DNA of 64,000 nucleotides from Octopus sinensis (lineage: Eukaryota), in NCBI RefSeq assembly GCF_006345805.1, contig NC_042999.1, forward strand, positions 118,606,001 to 118,670,000, given 5' to 3'. The notes below the pieces were generated by a model, which saw nothing but the letters and a program-made list of their open reading frames with translations, was not told where the DNA came from and ran no database searches. Below are positions 1 to 13,026 of this stretch, in pieces. Position 1 is the stretch's first letter. Each line of letters starts with the position of its first letter. Made by a program: the position numbers and the translations under genes.

Positions 1-514
1 TATATATAAACACGCATATGTGTGTGCTTGCATGTGTGTGCATACATGTGTATGCATGCATGTGAGAGTGTGTTTATGTAAGTATCTACATACACTTGTG
101 AGTGGATATGCATGCTCAAATATCTACACAATCATACACAAACACACAAACAATTAAATGTGTGTAGCAATAGTGGAAAGAGACATTTCCCACAAAAATA
201 TATTATCACGTAACCACTTATTCAGCCATGTATTCATAATGCCATATTTATTCTTGTTCTATGGAAGGTACAGAATTCTTAGCATTCTACACCCTACTCC
301 ACCCGATTTAAATAACAACCTTATTTCTCATAGTGTTATTCCAAGTGAATTATTACCACCACCAACACCTTTGATGACATTGTCATTGGAATCATCAAAA
401 TTTTGTCATTGAGGGTGTCATCAACATCATTATTGTTGTCTTTCTTATTATCATTGTTTCATCATTGTCATCATCAATTTAACCATTATTGTGATTTCAC
501 TATCATCATGAATA

Positions 515-660
515 AGGCAGTGAGCTGACAGAATCATTAGCACACTGGATGAAATGATTTGTGGTGATTTGCCTGTTGCTATATTCTGAGTTCAAATTCT
601 GTCGAGGTTGACTTTGCTTTTCATCCTTTTGGGGGTCAATCAATAAATTAAGTACCAGTG
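515..660 (+). mobile_element. tRNA-derived SINE family A, degenerate and 3'-truncated
   Basis: GGCAGTGAGCTGACAGAATCATTAGC...GAGTTCAAATTC (box A/B-like); homologous to 22934 and 49943 copies. Confidence 0.8.
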
Positions 661-1324
661 GGTCTTATATATATATATTATATATAGTCAATTCGAGGAT
701 GCCAGGTCCTCATTAGGGATTAAATAATCTAAACATTTCACTGTTTAATCACTATCATATTAGGAGAAAGTCATGGCAATATGTTAGGGATTATTATAGT
801 AATATATATTGTTAATAATGAAAGAAAGAAATGGAGAATTATGGATGCATAAATAATTTATTTGTATGATATAATGAAGCTGAAAGTTTTTTTAATAAAA
901 ATACTACAAATAAATTATAAATTATAAAGCTCTAAAAGAAATGGCAGATGTCAAAACTCTACATATATGTTTCAATTCATGCCTCTAGGTGATTCATAAT
1001 TTTAAGCATTGGGGTAGGGTCATATGCTAAGAATTGGTCATCACTTTCATCAGGGCCTTATGAGCTTATACAACAAAGGTTAACATATTTCTTGAAAGGA
1101 TGCACTTAATTTTAAAATCTACTTTTCCATGCTTCTATGGGACAGAGTTTTATTGAGGTAGATGTCATTTTCTGTTTCCAAATTGGATAACATTTCTACA
1201 TGGTCAGATATGTTTCTGCAAACTATTAGAAATGAATGAGACTAATTGTATGACAATAACACTCATTTACAATTATCATGTACTGTCATAAAAGGAGACA
1301 AAACATGCACAGAAGACACACATG

Positions 1325-1355
<31 letters not shown>

Positions 1356-2339
1356 ACATGCACGCACACATGCACAAACACACAAACATATATACGCATG
1401 CTAGATTTCTGTGCAGTTTATTGTGTACCAAATTCCACTCACTCTATCAAATTTACTTCAAAGCTCTAGCAGAAGGCACTTGGCAAATGTTCCAAACAGT
1501 GGAATCAAATACAAAACCATGTAACTGTGAAGCAAACTTCTTGACCATAAATCTAATCTTATACCTATACATATATAATGATGTGATGATGATGATGATG
1601 ATATATATATATTATTTGAAGTGTATAGTATTATATATCCATTAGGGCCGATCTTACCAATTGGTTTTGCACTTGGGGGTTCAATGGAGTGTTAGGTAAC
1701 ATCCGATTATGTATCCCTGCACCCTTCAGAGGATTAATAAATGCAGGCATATATCTAGAAAGCTCTCAGTATTAAGCGAACTTGGTTAACTGCATCAAAC
1801 AATCAGATATCAATAAATTCAAATAGAATTAACATCCAAGGTAATTTCTCATGTATGATAGCCAAATCCAAATATCACTTAGAAGAATTTTAAGAAATCT
1901 GGTGTATATAGTAACATGAACAAGGATGGTGAAAATCACATCTATAATTGATAATACACCATACATCACTGATGATCATTTCTCTTATGCCAGAATATTT
2001 ATATATAAATAAAAGGTACAAAATACCAGTCAAACCAATATATCTAAAAATTTATGATAACACGTTATCAAGGTAACCCAGAATGAGCAAAATTCAAAGT
2101 GAACTGAGATAATATCTTTAATACATGAATGCATGCAAAAAGAATGTTAAGAAGAAATATAATGTTCTAAGAAAAGCCAGTTTAATATTTAAACCTATGA
2201 TGATATCAGTAGATAATAATAGAATAATGAACATAGGAATTTTAGGCATGGCATTTCGTTATTCAGCTATTTATACATGCTAAAAAAAGATTAGAAAAAT
2301 TATGCTTATTAGATTATAGGAAAAGCAAATATAATTAAG

Positions 2340-2660
2340 GCATTATTTACTATTAAAATATTTAAATGCTTTTCTATATTTTTGAATATATTTCAGAATA
2401 AGACTGGTTCTACTATTTAATAGTTTTAATTTTGAAATAATTATATAATATATTTCCTCCAGGCAAAGATAACATTTTAAATTATCAGTGTTGTATGATG
2501 GAGCATTATTAATAATGGACCACTTTATATCATAGTTAATGTTCCTGTCTTTCAAATCCCAAATGCATTTGCTATGATTCATAGAATTACATTTTCTTCT
2601 AAACTTAAATGAAGCGCAGTGGTTATAAATATATATTAGTTTTCTCTAGAAATATAAGAT
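2340..2660 (-). mobile_element. PLE GIY-YIG endonuclease C-terminal remnant
   Basis: Minus-strand translation YNHCASFKFRRKCNSMNHSKCIWDLKDRNINYDIKWSII...KCYLCLEE...LLNSR matches PLE endonuclease C-termini (possibly Naiad-type; clade uncertain). Confidence 0.7.
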
Positions 2661-3011
2661 ATATTCACACTCTTTTCAAAGGAAGATTTCTGTTTCATCA
2701 ACTTAATGTTAGGAAAGTGGAGATGCTAACATGGTAAAATGTATGTCAAAAAGAAAAATTAGACAGCTGCTTCAAAATGTAAATAAAAAAAAATTGTCAG
2801 AAATGTCTAAACTTACAAATTCTCTTCTCAGAGATGCTATGTTTATAAAGTAGATGGCAAAACAAAACCCAATTTTTAATTCATCCTTAAACCAAAAAGC
2901 AACTGTTATATAAAGTAAATGGATTTCATGTTAGTTTTGACAATAAATATTCTAGCCATTTGATTAAAGTATGAATTGCAGAGTATTCCAAAGACAGTTA
3001 AGAGAGGGAAG

Positions 3012-3330
3012 GTCCGTGGCTCAGTAGTTAGGGGTATTCAGCCCATGAGCGTAAAGTCATTAGTATGATTCCTGACAGTGCATTGTGTTCTTGAGTAGGG
3101 CACTGTACCTCACCTTGCTACAGTCCACTCAGCTCAGTCCACTCAAAATGAGTTGTAGCTGTAATTCAAAGGGACCAGCCTTGTCACATTCTGTGAGAGG
3201 CTGAATCTCCCTGAGAACTACGTCATGGTATATATGTCTGTGGAGTACTCAGCCCCTTGCACATTAATTTTAAGAGCAGACTGTTATGTTGATCAAATAA
3301 TCAGGAACCTCATTGTAACTGATGGTGTAC
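3012..3330 (+). mobile_element. tRNA-derived SINE family C (partial second copy 3872-3990; related heads 44546-44640 + and 59230-59536 -)
   Basis: GTGGCTCAGTAGTTAGG head and shared GTGTTCTTGAG central motif; local re-duplication at 3872-3990. Confidence 0.65.
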
Positions 3331-3403
3331 CATATTTTAAAATGAGTGAAAGGAAAGGAAATGTTCCGTATTGTAAGGCGAAAATGTTATATGTTTAGTA
3401 TAA

Positions 3404-3622
3404 CCCTTTAGTATTCTGATTATTCTATCAAACATAATGCCTATTGATTCCCATTGATTTGAATTAATCATGCATTATCTCATATCTTCAAGATCTTGAT
3501 GGTGCAATTACCTAATGTAGAATAACATTGTAGGGTAGGTGTGAGAGCCTGGATCTGGTCAGTTTGAACATAAAATAGATTAAATATTTTGGCCGGATAT
3601 GGCCGATTTAAATACTAAAGGG
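3404..3622 (+). mobile_element. piggyBac-type MITE (~220 bp), copy with ATAA target duplication
   Basis: ATAA|CCCTTTAGTATT...AATACTAAAGGG|ATAA; internal homology to 8673, 61631 and 62381 copies. Confidence 0.8.
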
Positions 3623-4402
3623 ATAATCAGTGACAGCTAAGACGAAATAATTGCTATTCCATCATGTAGTGACTTTGCCCTGGGCTTACACTCAGTTTGC
3701 TAACAGCCTGCACATCGGTGTTTACCTGGGGGCTTGGCCTCCAGATCTGTGAGACCCACAAATGCCACTATTAGGACCGGATTAACACCCATAGTGATCC
3801 AGCAACTAAAAAGATTTTCCTGCCCCTATATAGGATCTTTTTTCGTTTTCTTCCAACCACTTGAAAGTTTATCTTGCTCCAGTCCACTCAGCTGACCAAA
3901 ATGAGTTGTAGCTGTGTGAGGCTGAATCTTCCTGAAAACTACGTTAATGGTATGCATGTCTGTGGGATACTCAGCCACTTGGGAGTTAATTTTATCTTAG
4001 TGTGACAATGAAAAGTGGAAGAGACATCTAATATTTGCTGTAGTTATTTGTCTTTGATTTAACTACGTATCTATGTATCAACTTTTCTTTCAATCTATGT
4101 ACTGTCTCTCTCACTTCCCCTCCTTCTTTTTCTCTTTGTCTTTCCTCTCCCACTTTTTATTTTAACGTGTATATGTATCTACTTTTCTTTTGATGTATGC
4201 ATCTCACTTCAACACTTTGCCAATCACTTCAGCTGTACCTCCTCTGCTTAATACTTTTTATTTCTCTTTTTCTTTGTACCTCTCCATTCACCATTTTCAC
4301 CTCTTTGTTTCAAGTAAGTGTGACACACCAAAGGTACATACGTACAAAAACAAAAAGTTGGCATATTAATATTATTGATGATGATGATGATGATAATAAT
4401 AA

Positions 4403-5560
4403 TATCAGTCATAAATTACATCTTCAACATAATAATAGTGAATTGAGAAACTTAGATAGAAAAACCAGAAAATGATTAACAGCATACTGAAGTCACCACC
4501 CCAAAGCAGATACAGACAGAATATATCTACCCCACTCAGAAGGAAGCTGTAGCCTGATGCAGATAGTGAACTACAATAAAATAACAACAGTTGGACTAGA
4601 AAAGTACTTAGAAACAAAAGGTGGAAGACTACTACATGTAATGATGTAACAAAAGAAAATGCTTTTCTCTATACACAAGGAAGCAACAAAATACAAAACA
4701 GAAACAAACTACACTGATACACTGACCTGAGATGACAACAGCAGAAATGGTCAAAAAGACAGAAAAATAACATGAAAACAGAACTACAAAACATACTAAA
4801 GAAGAATAAAGAGAAAAATTCACTCCATGGCCAATACCCTGCAAGGCTTGACAGAGAAAAACATGAGACTAATTAAAAACCAACAATAGCTCAAAAGCTC
4901 TGGGCTAAAAGCTGAAACAGAACAACTAATTCTCGCTGTACAGGACCAATGCCTGACTACAAAATAATGAAAACAGGCCATAACACCAAATGCTGAATGT
5001 ACAACCAGGACAATGAGGCAGTTGACCACATCATCTCTGACTGTCCAGCCCTTGCCAAATCTGAATATATACACAGACATGACTGAGTAAGTAATTATTT
5101 TTACTGGACAATATACCAACACTACAACATGAAAATTAACAAGAAATGGTATAAGACATGTGCCAAACAAGGTACATGACAATGACCAGGTCACAATCAT
5201 CTGGGATATGTCTGTTCAAACTGACAAAGAAATAAAAGCTAATCATTCAGACATAATAATCAAGGATTGAGAAAAAAGCACCTGCAAATTGATAGACATT
5301 GCAATACCTTCTGACCAGAATATCACCCAAAAAGAAGTGGAGAAATTGTCAAAGTACAAAGATCTTGAAATTGAAGTATCCGAGATGTGGGGCATGAATG
5401 TAAAAATGTCAATAGCAATAATTGGAGCATTGGGAATGGTAAAAAAACATATGGACAAAACGTAGAAGCTATACATGAATCCTCAACACAACACACTGTC
5501 CAAAAAATAGCCCTGCTAGGAACAGCCTACATCCTACACAAGACACTATCAATTCAATAA
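4403..5560 (+). mobile_element. R4/Dong-type (restriction-like endonuclease) non-LTR retrotransposon, 5'-truncated, decayed
   Basis: Frameshifted ELRNLDRKTRK...HHPKADTDRIYL, LHGQYP, LKAETEQLILAVQDQ, DHIISDCPALAKSEYIHRHD, IIWD...IDIAIP...KYKDLEIEV...IIGALG...IALLGTAYIL; begins in a (GAT)n(AAT)n tract. Confidence 0.88.
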
Positions 5561-6731
5561 TACAACCTAAACAAACAAGCCACACTCCATATAGCAAATA
5601 TTCAATAAAATAAACAACCCTATTACTCAATACATTACATACAGGGACTGCAGTTTTCCCATGACTGGCTTAGAGCTTAGGATTAAGCATGTGGGTTAGG
5701 GTTTATGGTTTATTGATTAAGAGACAGAATGATCAAGGTTAGAAAGCTGTAGTTGAGTTGAAATTTGTTTGTGCATGTGTATGGCTTGTACTTTTAGCAC
5801 ATGCATAAAAATGAAAATGAATCACAGTGCCTCATATTGATTTTGAAATAATTGTATTTAAGATAGTAAGATCCAGGATACCTACAAAAATCATAATTCT
5901 GTAGAAAAGTATTTTCAAAATTACAATTATTTTCACTTTTTGTCCACCATTCATCTCTCCAGTTAGGTGTACATAAGCAGCAATAAATTTTTCATTTTCA
6001 AATTTCTTATGAAATATTTTCTGCAAATAAATGTTTAAAATATAGAGGATTACAATTCTGCAATAATAACAACGAAAAAGAAAATCATCATCGTCTCGTC
6101 GTTGTTGTCGACGCCACTGCTGCTGCTGCCACCGCCACCGCCGTCGTCGTCTTCATCATCATCATCAAATTTATGGGTAATATTTACAAAGAGATAAGTG
6201 GAAATTTAAAAAAAGAATCAACTTGCATGTTGATGATGATGCAAGTTGATTAATTTTTATGTTAAAATAAATAAATATGCATATCTGAAAGAGCACTTCA
6301 CCCTTTTCCTGCACATTTGAATGTGAACTTAGCTTTCCACAGTTGAGAACCATATCGAAGAACGATTTCCATTTATAGACAACGTGTGTAAACAACACAC
6401 TATTTCCAAGGAACATAAGTGGGCTGACCAGACATCAATGTTTTATTGTTTGGAGCTATACAGAAACAGCTGCTTCTGTCTACAGAAGTCAACAATCAAA
6501 ACATTTACTGATGCAGATGGTGGGTTGTCAAGCCAAAATTAAATTACTGCACGCATGCAAAACTTTAAGAATCAAAATATTGATATGTGCGTCATTGATT
6601 CTTATCATATTCTAGCACACTTGAAAGTGAACACTGCTCTTTGGTCTTGGGTCCCTTTGCAGAGAATGGCTTCTCTTTAAAGATGATGTGTGTAACAATG
6701 TGAACAACTAGACACGCATAGCACTCTCTCA

Positions 6732-6765
<34 letters not shown>

Positions 6766-8672
6766 GGATATATATATATATGGTTGGCTATTTTCTTCCT
6801 CCAGCTTTCTTTCTATTAGTCTTTCCTCTGTTTCAGAAAAAAAGCATTGCTTGAAATGTTAAGCCATCTTTCTTTCCTTCCCTGAGCATCTGCTAATACT
6901 TTATATGTACCACGTCCTTGCATTGCTGTTCTTTTGTGTTTGATTTTCGTCTTTTTTTGAGATTTACTATATATATGTATAAAATAATTAAGATTCGTTT
7001 TGAATGTTAGGTACATAAATTGAGGCACCAAACCAGTTTGGTATAGTTCATGCAGCTCAAAGTTAGGTGAATAAAAAGCAAATAAGCAACAAGGATGTCC
7101 AGGTATCAATGCATTATGGCCGTTTCAAGTGGCTCCATTTAATCAAACAATGAAACATTACATCAATTTGAAAGAAACCGCTCTCCTCAGATCAGATGAT
7201 CATATAGATTTCTAATGTAATGGATAAACCATTTTTTAAACACAATTTACATCAGTACAAGAAACCAAAATACTTATGTTGTTTCCCTTTGCTATGTTTG
7301 TGGCATAATGAATTTAGGGAAAAATGTACATCTAAAGCCTACTTTTACTCGATATAAAAGAATACTTATTGTATTTTTAGCCTTTAATCTTGTAATATTC
7401 AACAAATAGTTATGTGCCCATATCACTTTAGCTTTTACTTCCACTTGTACTCTATTATAAATTTAATACAACTCTAATTTAATTACTCCTTACAGTTGAT
7501 TCTATATATATATAAATGTATGTATGTATGTTTGTATGTATGTATGTATGTATATGCAGTTTTACTTCAAATACACCTGCTGTGAAATTAGATGTTTTGC
7601 ATTATAAAATCACAGGTGAGTTCAGATGGGTTGGTATCAGACAGGTAATACTTTAATGAATTCTCTGAGAATTACATTTACAAATTAATTATATTACCAT
7701 ATGGTAATTCATTTTTGTGATAACAATTGACGTATGAGATGTAACCAAATCCTATAGTAATGAACTCGTCATGACGCAAGAAAGTGAACGAGATGATAAG
7801 TCAATTATGTTATACTGTGATAATCACTTGTCACAAAGAAATCAAGTGTACAGCACAATTTTCTGTCGGAAATTATGTAGAGTTATTTCTCTCAAATTGA
7901 ACACACTTTATCATTATATTATCATTATATGTAAAGACCATTATATTTAATAACAAACAGCATCATCTGCATTACTTCTACAGCCACTTCTATAATTATC
8001 ACTAATATCATTGATTTTTTGCATCAGAATGAATATCATCTTTTTATTGGAGGTAGAGTATCACTATCACAATTGTCTTTATAGTTATCTTTAACATAGA
8101 CATAATTATCATTAGTATCATTATCACTTTAAACATGTTCATTTGTTTCCTCAATGCCATGGGTATCATATTCATTATCAACCAGTATAGCTGACTTCCT
8201 CATCAACCTTTTCATGTTCAATATAATCATTGTTATAACCAGCATTATACTCATTGATGTTGTCACCTGTATTTTCTTTATGTTATACATCAAGATTGTA
8301 TTATTCTTGTCTGTGTCCTCACTTCAAATCATTCAATGATGACTTGTATAAAAATATTTTGCTTCTGTGAAGCATTACTTATTCTTGTGTAAGTAAGGAT
8401 AGCAATTAACATGAATGCATTGGGATTCAAGAGCAGAAAATACTGGGCTGTAGGAAAATATGACAGAAATAGTGATGGTTTAATAAAAGTCAGATCTGGA
8501 GGTAAGGATTAAATGAAGAGTCTTTGGAAAGTCAGTGATTTTGTCAAAGATGTAGTGTTTATTATTAGTATGTTTTTATAATAAAGATGCGTATCTACAT
8601 TTTTGACCAAAACTAATTCAAGCACACAGACTCTACGTAAGCCCTAACAACTCATTTCAGTACAAGGTTTAA

Positions 8673-8892
8673 TCCTTTAGTATTTGAATGGGTGATATCC
8701 AGCCCATATATTCTGCCCATTTTATATTTAACTAGCCTGATCCAGTCTATCATACCTACCTTGCAATGTCATTCTAAAAATGAAACAGTCACATCATTGA
8801 AACCTGAAATTTATGAGATAATGCATGATTAATTCAAAACAATGTGAATAAATAAGCATTGCATTTGACAAAGTAATCTAAGTCCAAAATGG
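8673..8892 (-). mobile_element. piggyBac-type MITE, degenerate copy
   Basis: TTAA-TCCTTTAGTATT start; reverse-complement homology to 3404-3622. Confidence 0.65.
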
Positions 8893-9440
8893 TTATGGAG
8901 AGAGTGTTGGCTGTTGGACAGTAAAAATTATTAGAGATAGAGAAGAAATCTACCGTATAGAGGAATAATGTTTGTGGTTTGTGTTGTTTTTATTGTTATT
9001 TAACTCTCAGGCCATCTTTGGTAAAAATAAGCAAAACATTCCTGTCTTGAATATTCTGTCTTTCTGTATATCTTGGATTACATTGTTCAGTGTTAACTGT
9101 TTATTTCAAGACAGTAGGTTGTAAGTTGCTTTAATTTGGTTGAAATTTCTAGCAGATCAAGCATTTGGTTTGAGAGAGTGTGAGTAGGATGAAAGTTGGA
9201 TTGAACAATTCAAGAATATTAGTCTAGATGAAAGAGATTTGTCTAATACAATCATTTTCAATTTTTGTTGTTTGTATGTCTAAATCAAACACATTGTAGA
9301 CTGCCATTTCTAATACACCACATAACCTTTTTATTTATAGCTGTGTTTAATTTTATGTAAGCTGAAGACTTATAGATTTGACTTGGTTTATTTTGATTTC
9401 TATTTTTATTGATGCTTGAAAATTATTTTTATCATTGTAG

Positions 9441-9525
9441 ATATGAGTCCACTTCTGATATCATTGATATCCACTTCTGTGATTGGTGTGCTTTCACTTA
9501 TATGTTTGCTCTATATGATGATTCG
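9441..9525 (+). CDS. GUCY2D/GUCY2F-like: Receptor guanylyl cyclase exon: transmembrane helix (85 bp, phase 1 to phase 2)
   Basis: Acceptor ttttatcattgtag, donor CG|gtaagt; encodes xMSPLLISLISTSVIGVLSLICLLYMMI(R). The split codon CG+A joins the next exon in frame. Size and phases match my recollection of the GUCY2D TM exon. Confidence 0.9.
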
Positions 9526-9646
9526 GTAAGTCCTCAATTACATATATTTCACACACAGACATACATACAAATACACACAGACACATATATGTATATATGA
9601 ATATAATAATGTATATGTGTGTGTAAGACAGCAAACTGAAAGAGTC

Positions 9647-9835
9647 ATTAGCACTCTGGCCGAAATGCTTAGCAGTATTTCACCTGTCTTTACATTCTGA
9701 GTTCAAATTCTGTCAAGGTTAACTTTGTTTTTCATCCTTTTGGGGTCAATAAATTAAGTACCAGTTGCCTACAGGGTTCGATCTAATCGACAGACCCCGT
9801 CCTCAAAACCATTTCAGGCTTTGTGTCTAGAGTAG
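9647..9835 (+). mobile_element. SINE family A, partial
   Basis: GAAATGCTTAGCAGTATTTC...TTCTGAGTTCAAATTC...GGGGTCAATAAATTAAGTACCAG. Confidence 0.8.
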
Positions 9836-9878
9836 AAAATAATATATATGTGTATGTGTGTGCATATACATATAAATG

Positions 9879-10250
9879 TATGAGGTGGTGGGGTGGGGCT
9901 GAAATTCTCATTGGTTGACTGTGAAGTAATGATGCTAGAGCTGTGAAATCTTGCATGCACTAATTTCAGCTCTTCTTATTAATAACTGCATTGTTTCTTT
10001 TCCAATAAACTTACATCTGACTGTTGAAAGAACATTTCAAAAGTAACTAATAGTGATTTCTCTTGAAAATGGACAAAATTTGGCATTGTGGTGTTATCGA
10101 GTACCTTCGGGAAAAGGATTTAACCCCAAAATACATTGATGCTGACATGCTTTCTACATTATGGAATGACACTCCAGCTTTGTCAAATGTGCAAAAGTGG
10201 GCAGGTGGTTTAAGGAGGAGAAGAGAGAATCTTGACAATGATCCAAGGCC
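9879..10250 (+). mobile_element. mariner transposon 5' end, truncated by CR1 LINE
   Basis: TA|TGAGG terminus homologous to 63861 copy; MDKIWHCGVIEYLREKDLTPKYIDADMLSTLWNDTPALSNVQKWAGGLRRRRENLDNDPRPGR is a mariner transposase HTH N-terminus. Confidence 0.82.
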
Positions 10251-11610
10251 TGGAAGAAAATTATTTGCTGAGTAATATCCAGCATGGCTTTCAACCAGGT
10301 AGAAGCTGCCTGATCCAGCCCTTACAGCACTATGACTGGATATTGAGGCAATTACTCAACAACTCAAATGTGGACATAGTATACCTTGACTTTGCAAAAA
10401 CTTTTGGTAAAGCGGATCATGGTATGATATGCCACAAACTGCATGATTTGGGCAAAGCTGGAAAACTTGGAGAGTGGTTACATGACTTTTTGAAAGATAG
10501 AAGTCAGGCAGTAGTGACCAATGGAGCCATCTCAATGAAAACACAAATAGTGAGCGGTGTTCCACAGGGCACTGCCTTGGGACCACTGCTTTTCATAGTG
10601 GCCCTCTCAGATATGCCCTTAACTGCCCAGATAGCCACCCTTGATAAGCTATACAAATGATACGAAAGGCTTGCAGAAAATACAGAAGTCCAGTGATGTT
10701 GCACACCTGCAGCAGGAGATGGACTCAATTTAATGATAGGCTGAGGATAATAATATACAGTTTAATACTGAAAAATTCCAAGCCCTGAAATGTTAGCATC
10801 CAAAACTGAATATAAAATGTACAGGGTACACTGGTCCACAGGGGATTACAGTCCCAGAGCTTAAATCAGTGAGGGACCAGGGCATTGACAGAAGTGTTGG
10901 TACCTCTTTCTAAGTGTACATTACCAGGATGGCAACAGAGTGGCTGGATAGATCCTGAAAACGTTCAGAACCAAAGGGAAGGAAACCATGGTGGTCCTCT
11001 GGAGGACATTTGTCCTCAGCTTCCTGGATTACTGCTTCCAGATATGATCATCCAACAGTATATTAACAGTGGATCTTGAAGCAATCCAGTGAAGCTTCAC
11101 AAAGAAGATCGTCTCATTGCAACAGCTCAGCTACTGGGAAAGGCTGAAACAGTTAAAACTCTACTCCTTGGAGTGAAGGCGGGAAAGGTATGCAGTAATA
11201 TATATCAGGAAGATCCTGGAAAGTGTTGTGCCAAATTTTGGCATTGGAGGCTACACCAATGCCAGAATGGGTTGACACTGCACTGTACCAAAGATCCCAG
11301 CAATGCTATTGTGCTTCAGGTCCTGTTACTGCAACAGCCTATGTTTCAGGGGCCCACAGCTTTTTAATATTCTCTCAAAGAGCCTGTGGGACCTACACAA
11401 AGTTGATGTAGGTGTTTTCAAATCAAAATCGGACCTCTTCCAGTTGAGAGTCCCAAATGAACCTACGTCGTGGCAAGAGGTGCAAATGAGGGTAGTGACA
11501 TCAAACTCCTTTATTCACCAAATGTCACATATTAGAGGAGGCTCTCAATAATAACAGTATAACAAAATGGTGGTGCACCAGCAGGGCCACAGCTCTGAGC
11601 TGAAACTAGA
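10250..11610 (+). mobile_element. CR1/Jockey-group LINE, 5'-truncated RT and 3' end
   Basis: QHGFQPGRSC...VDIVYLDFAKTFGKADHG...SGVPQGTALGPLLF RT motifs, followed by frameshifted thumb region. Confidence 0.92.
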
Positions 11611-12227
11611 AGAAATATATATACATATCACATAACACACATATAATGTTACAAATACTATCATGAAAATATTGGGTTGAATAACCCTTTTGGATAGAAA
11701 TATGTACATGCTATTATTTATAGATTTACATGTGTGCTTTTGAGATATCCTGTTCTAACAAGAATTGTTTCATGTTCTCTTGAAAGTTCATAAAATTTAT
11801 ATGACATCAGCAACATACATATACCATTTAAGGTACTCAGTATATAGTGTATATAGTTATGAGCAACTAATAGTTTCACACATTAGAGATATGGTCTATG
11901 CAGATTATTATAACCCAACTAATATGCAATCCACAGCCTCTGAGAGTCTGAAGATCACTTGGAGACACTAGGCATGCTATAAAACATGCCTGGACCATGT
12001 CTCTAATGTATGAAGCTATTAATAGCTCGTAATTGCATATTACTTAGAGTAACTGATATTTATCACTCTCCAGATGGAGTACTTCTTTTGTTGATCTCAC
12101 CTTAATGGAAAAGTAAACTATCTAAAGGCAGTGCTCCAGCATGGCCACAGTCAAATGACTGAAACAAGTAAAAGAGTAAAAACAGTAAAAGAGAGAGTGT
12201 ATATATATATATATATATATCATCTCA

Positions 12228-12430
12228 ACATCATCATTTAGCATCCGTTTTCCATGCTGCCATGGGCTGGGCTGTTTGACTGAGGTCTAGAGAGCCAGCA
12301 GCTGCACCAGGCTCCAGTCTGATCTGGCAATGTTTCTACAGCTGGATGCCCTTCCTAATGCCAACCACTCCAAGAGTGTAGTCATTGCTTTTTACATGCC
12401 AACAGCACAGGAGCCAGTCAGGCGGCCTTG
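12228..12430 (-). mobile_element. RTE-tail SINE (family D); further copies 22765-22915 +, 35020-35175 +, 40090-40350 -, 63690-63860 -
   Basis: Shared AAGGGCATCCAGCTGTAGAAAC...CCAGATCAGACTGGAGCC...GCATGGAAA...(GAT)n; identical tail on the RTE derivative at 38900-39063. Confidence 0.85.
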
Positions 12431-12458
12431 GTCGATATACATATATGTACATATATAT

Positions 12459-12576
<118 letters not shown>

Positions 12577-12812
12577 ACCGTGTGTGTACCGTTGGCGATT
12601 TTTTTCCTCCGTCTTCCCTTCCTGAGCATCCAATAATACTATATTTGTTCCACGTCCTCGCGTTGTTGTGTTTTCTCTTTGTGTTTTCATGTTTGGATTA
12701 ACTATATATATACATATATATATATATACATACATATATATATATATATTTATAAAAAAGAAGTTTGAAAACGCCACTATATATGATAAATTTTAATTTT
12801 TAATTTTCTTAG

Positions 12813-12865
12813 AAATTTTACATGTTTCGTTTCTTCTTGAAAAAAGCGAACCTTATCAAAAATAT
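12813..12865 (-). ncRNA. Minimal type I hammerhead ribozyme, U3-A8 core variant
   Basis: Minus RNA AUUU-UUGAUAA-GGUUC..GAAAC-GAAAC-AU-GUA-AAAU; 4-bp stem I, palindromic stem III ACAUGU; predicted cleavage after 12819. Confidence 0.68.
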
Positions 12866-13026
12866 TTTAAAAAGTTAAGTGTAATAAAGAAGTTCATAAT
12901 TGTTTCTTACTGGTCTCAACAGAATCCACGTGGTGGTGTTTTGCGGGGAGTAAGCATAATAGCTGTAAATTTAAAGTTAAGTGTAATAAAAACGTTCCAG
13001 AAGAACAAAGAAGACTTAGAGAAAAA

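Noticed and set aside
5685-5745. Interstitial telomeric repeat
   Set aside because: Only one or two degenerate TTAGGG units.
7560-7615. Possible upstream GC exon (strong donor CAG|GTGAGT, FTSNTPAVKLDVLHYKIT)
   Set aside because: The acceptor lies in microsatellite with no polypyrimidine tract, there is no similarity to the Cys-containing juxtamembrane ectodomain, and 56 bp does not fit a phase 1-1 cassette.
8154-8339. Hydrophobic ORF as TM segment
   Set aside because: Low-complexity ATC/ATT sequence; the true TM exon is 9441-9525.
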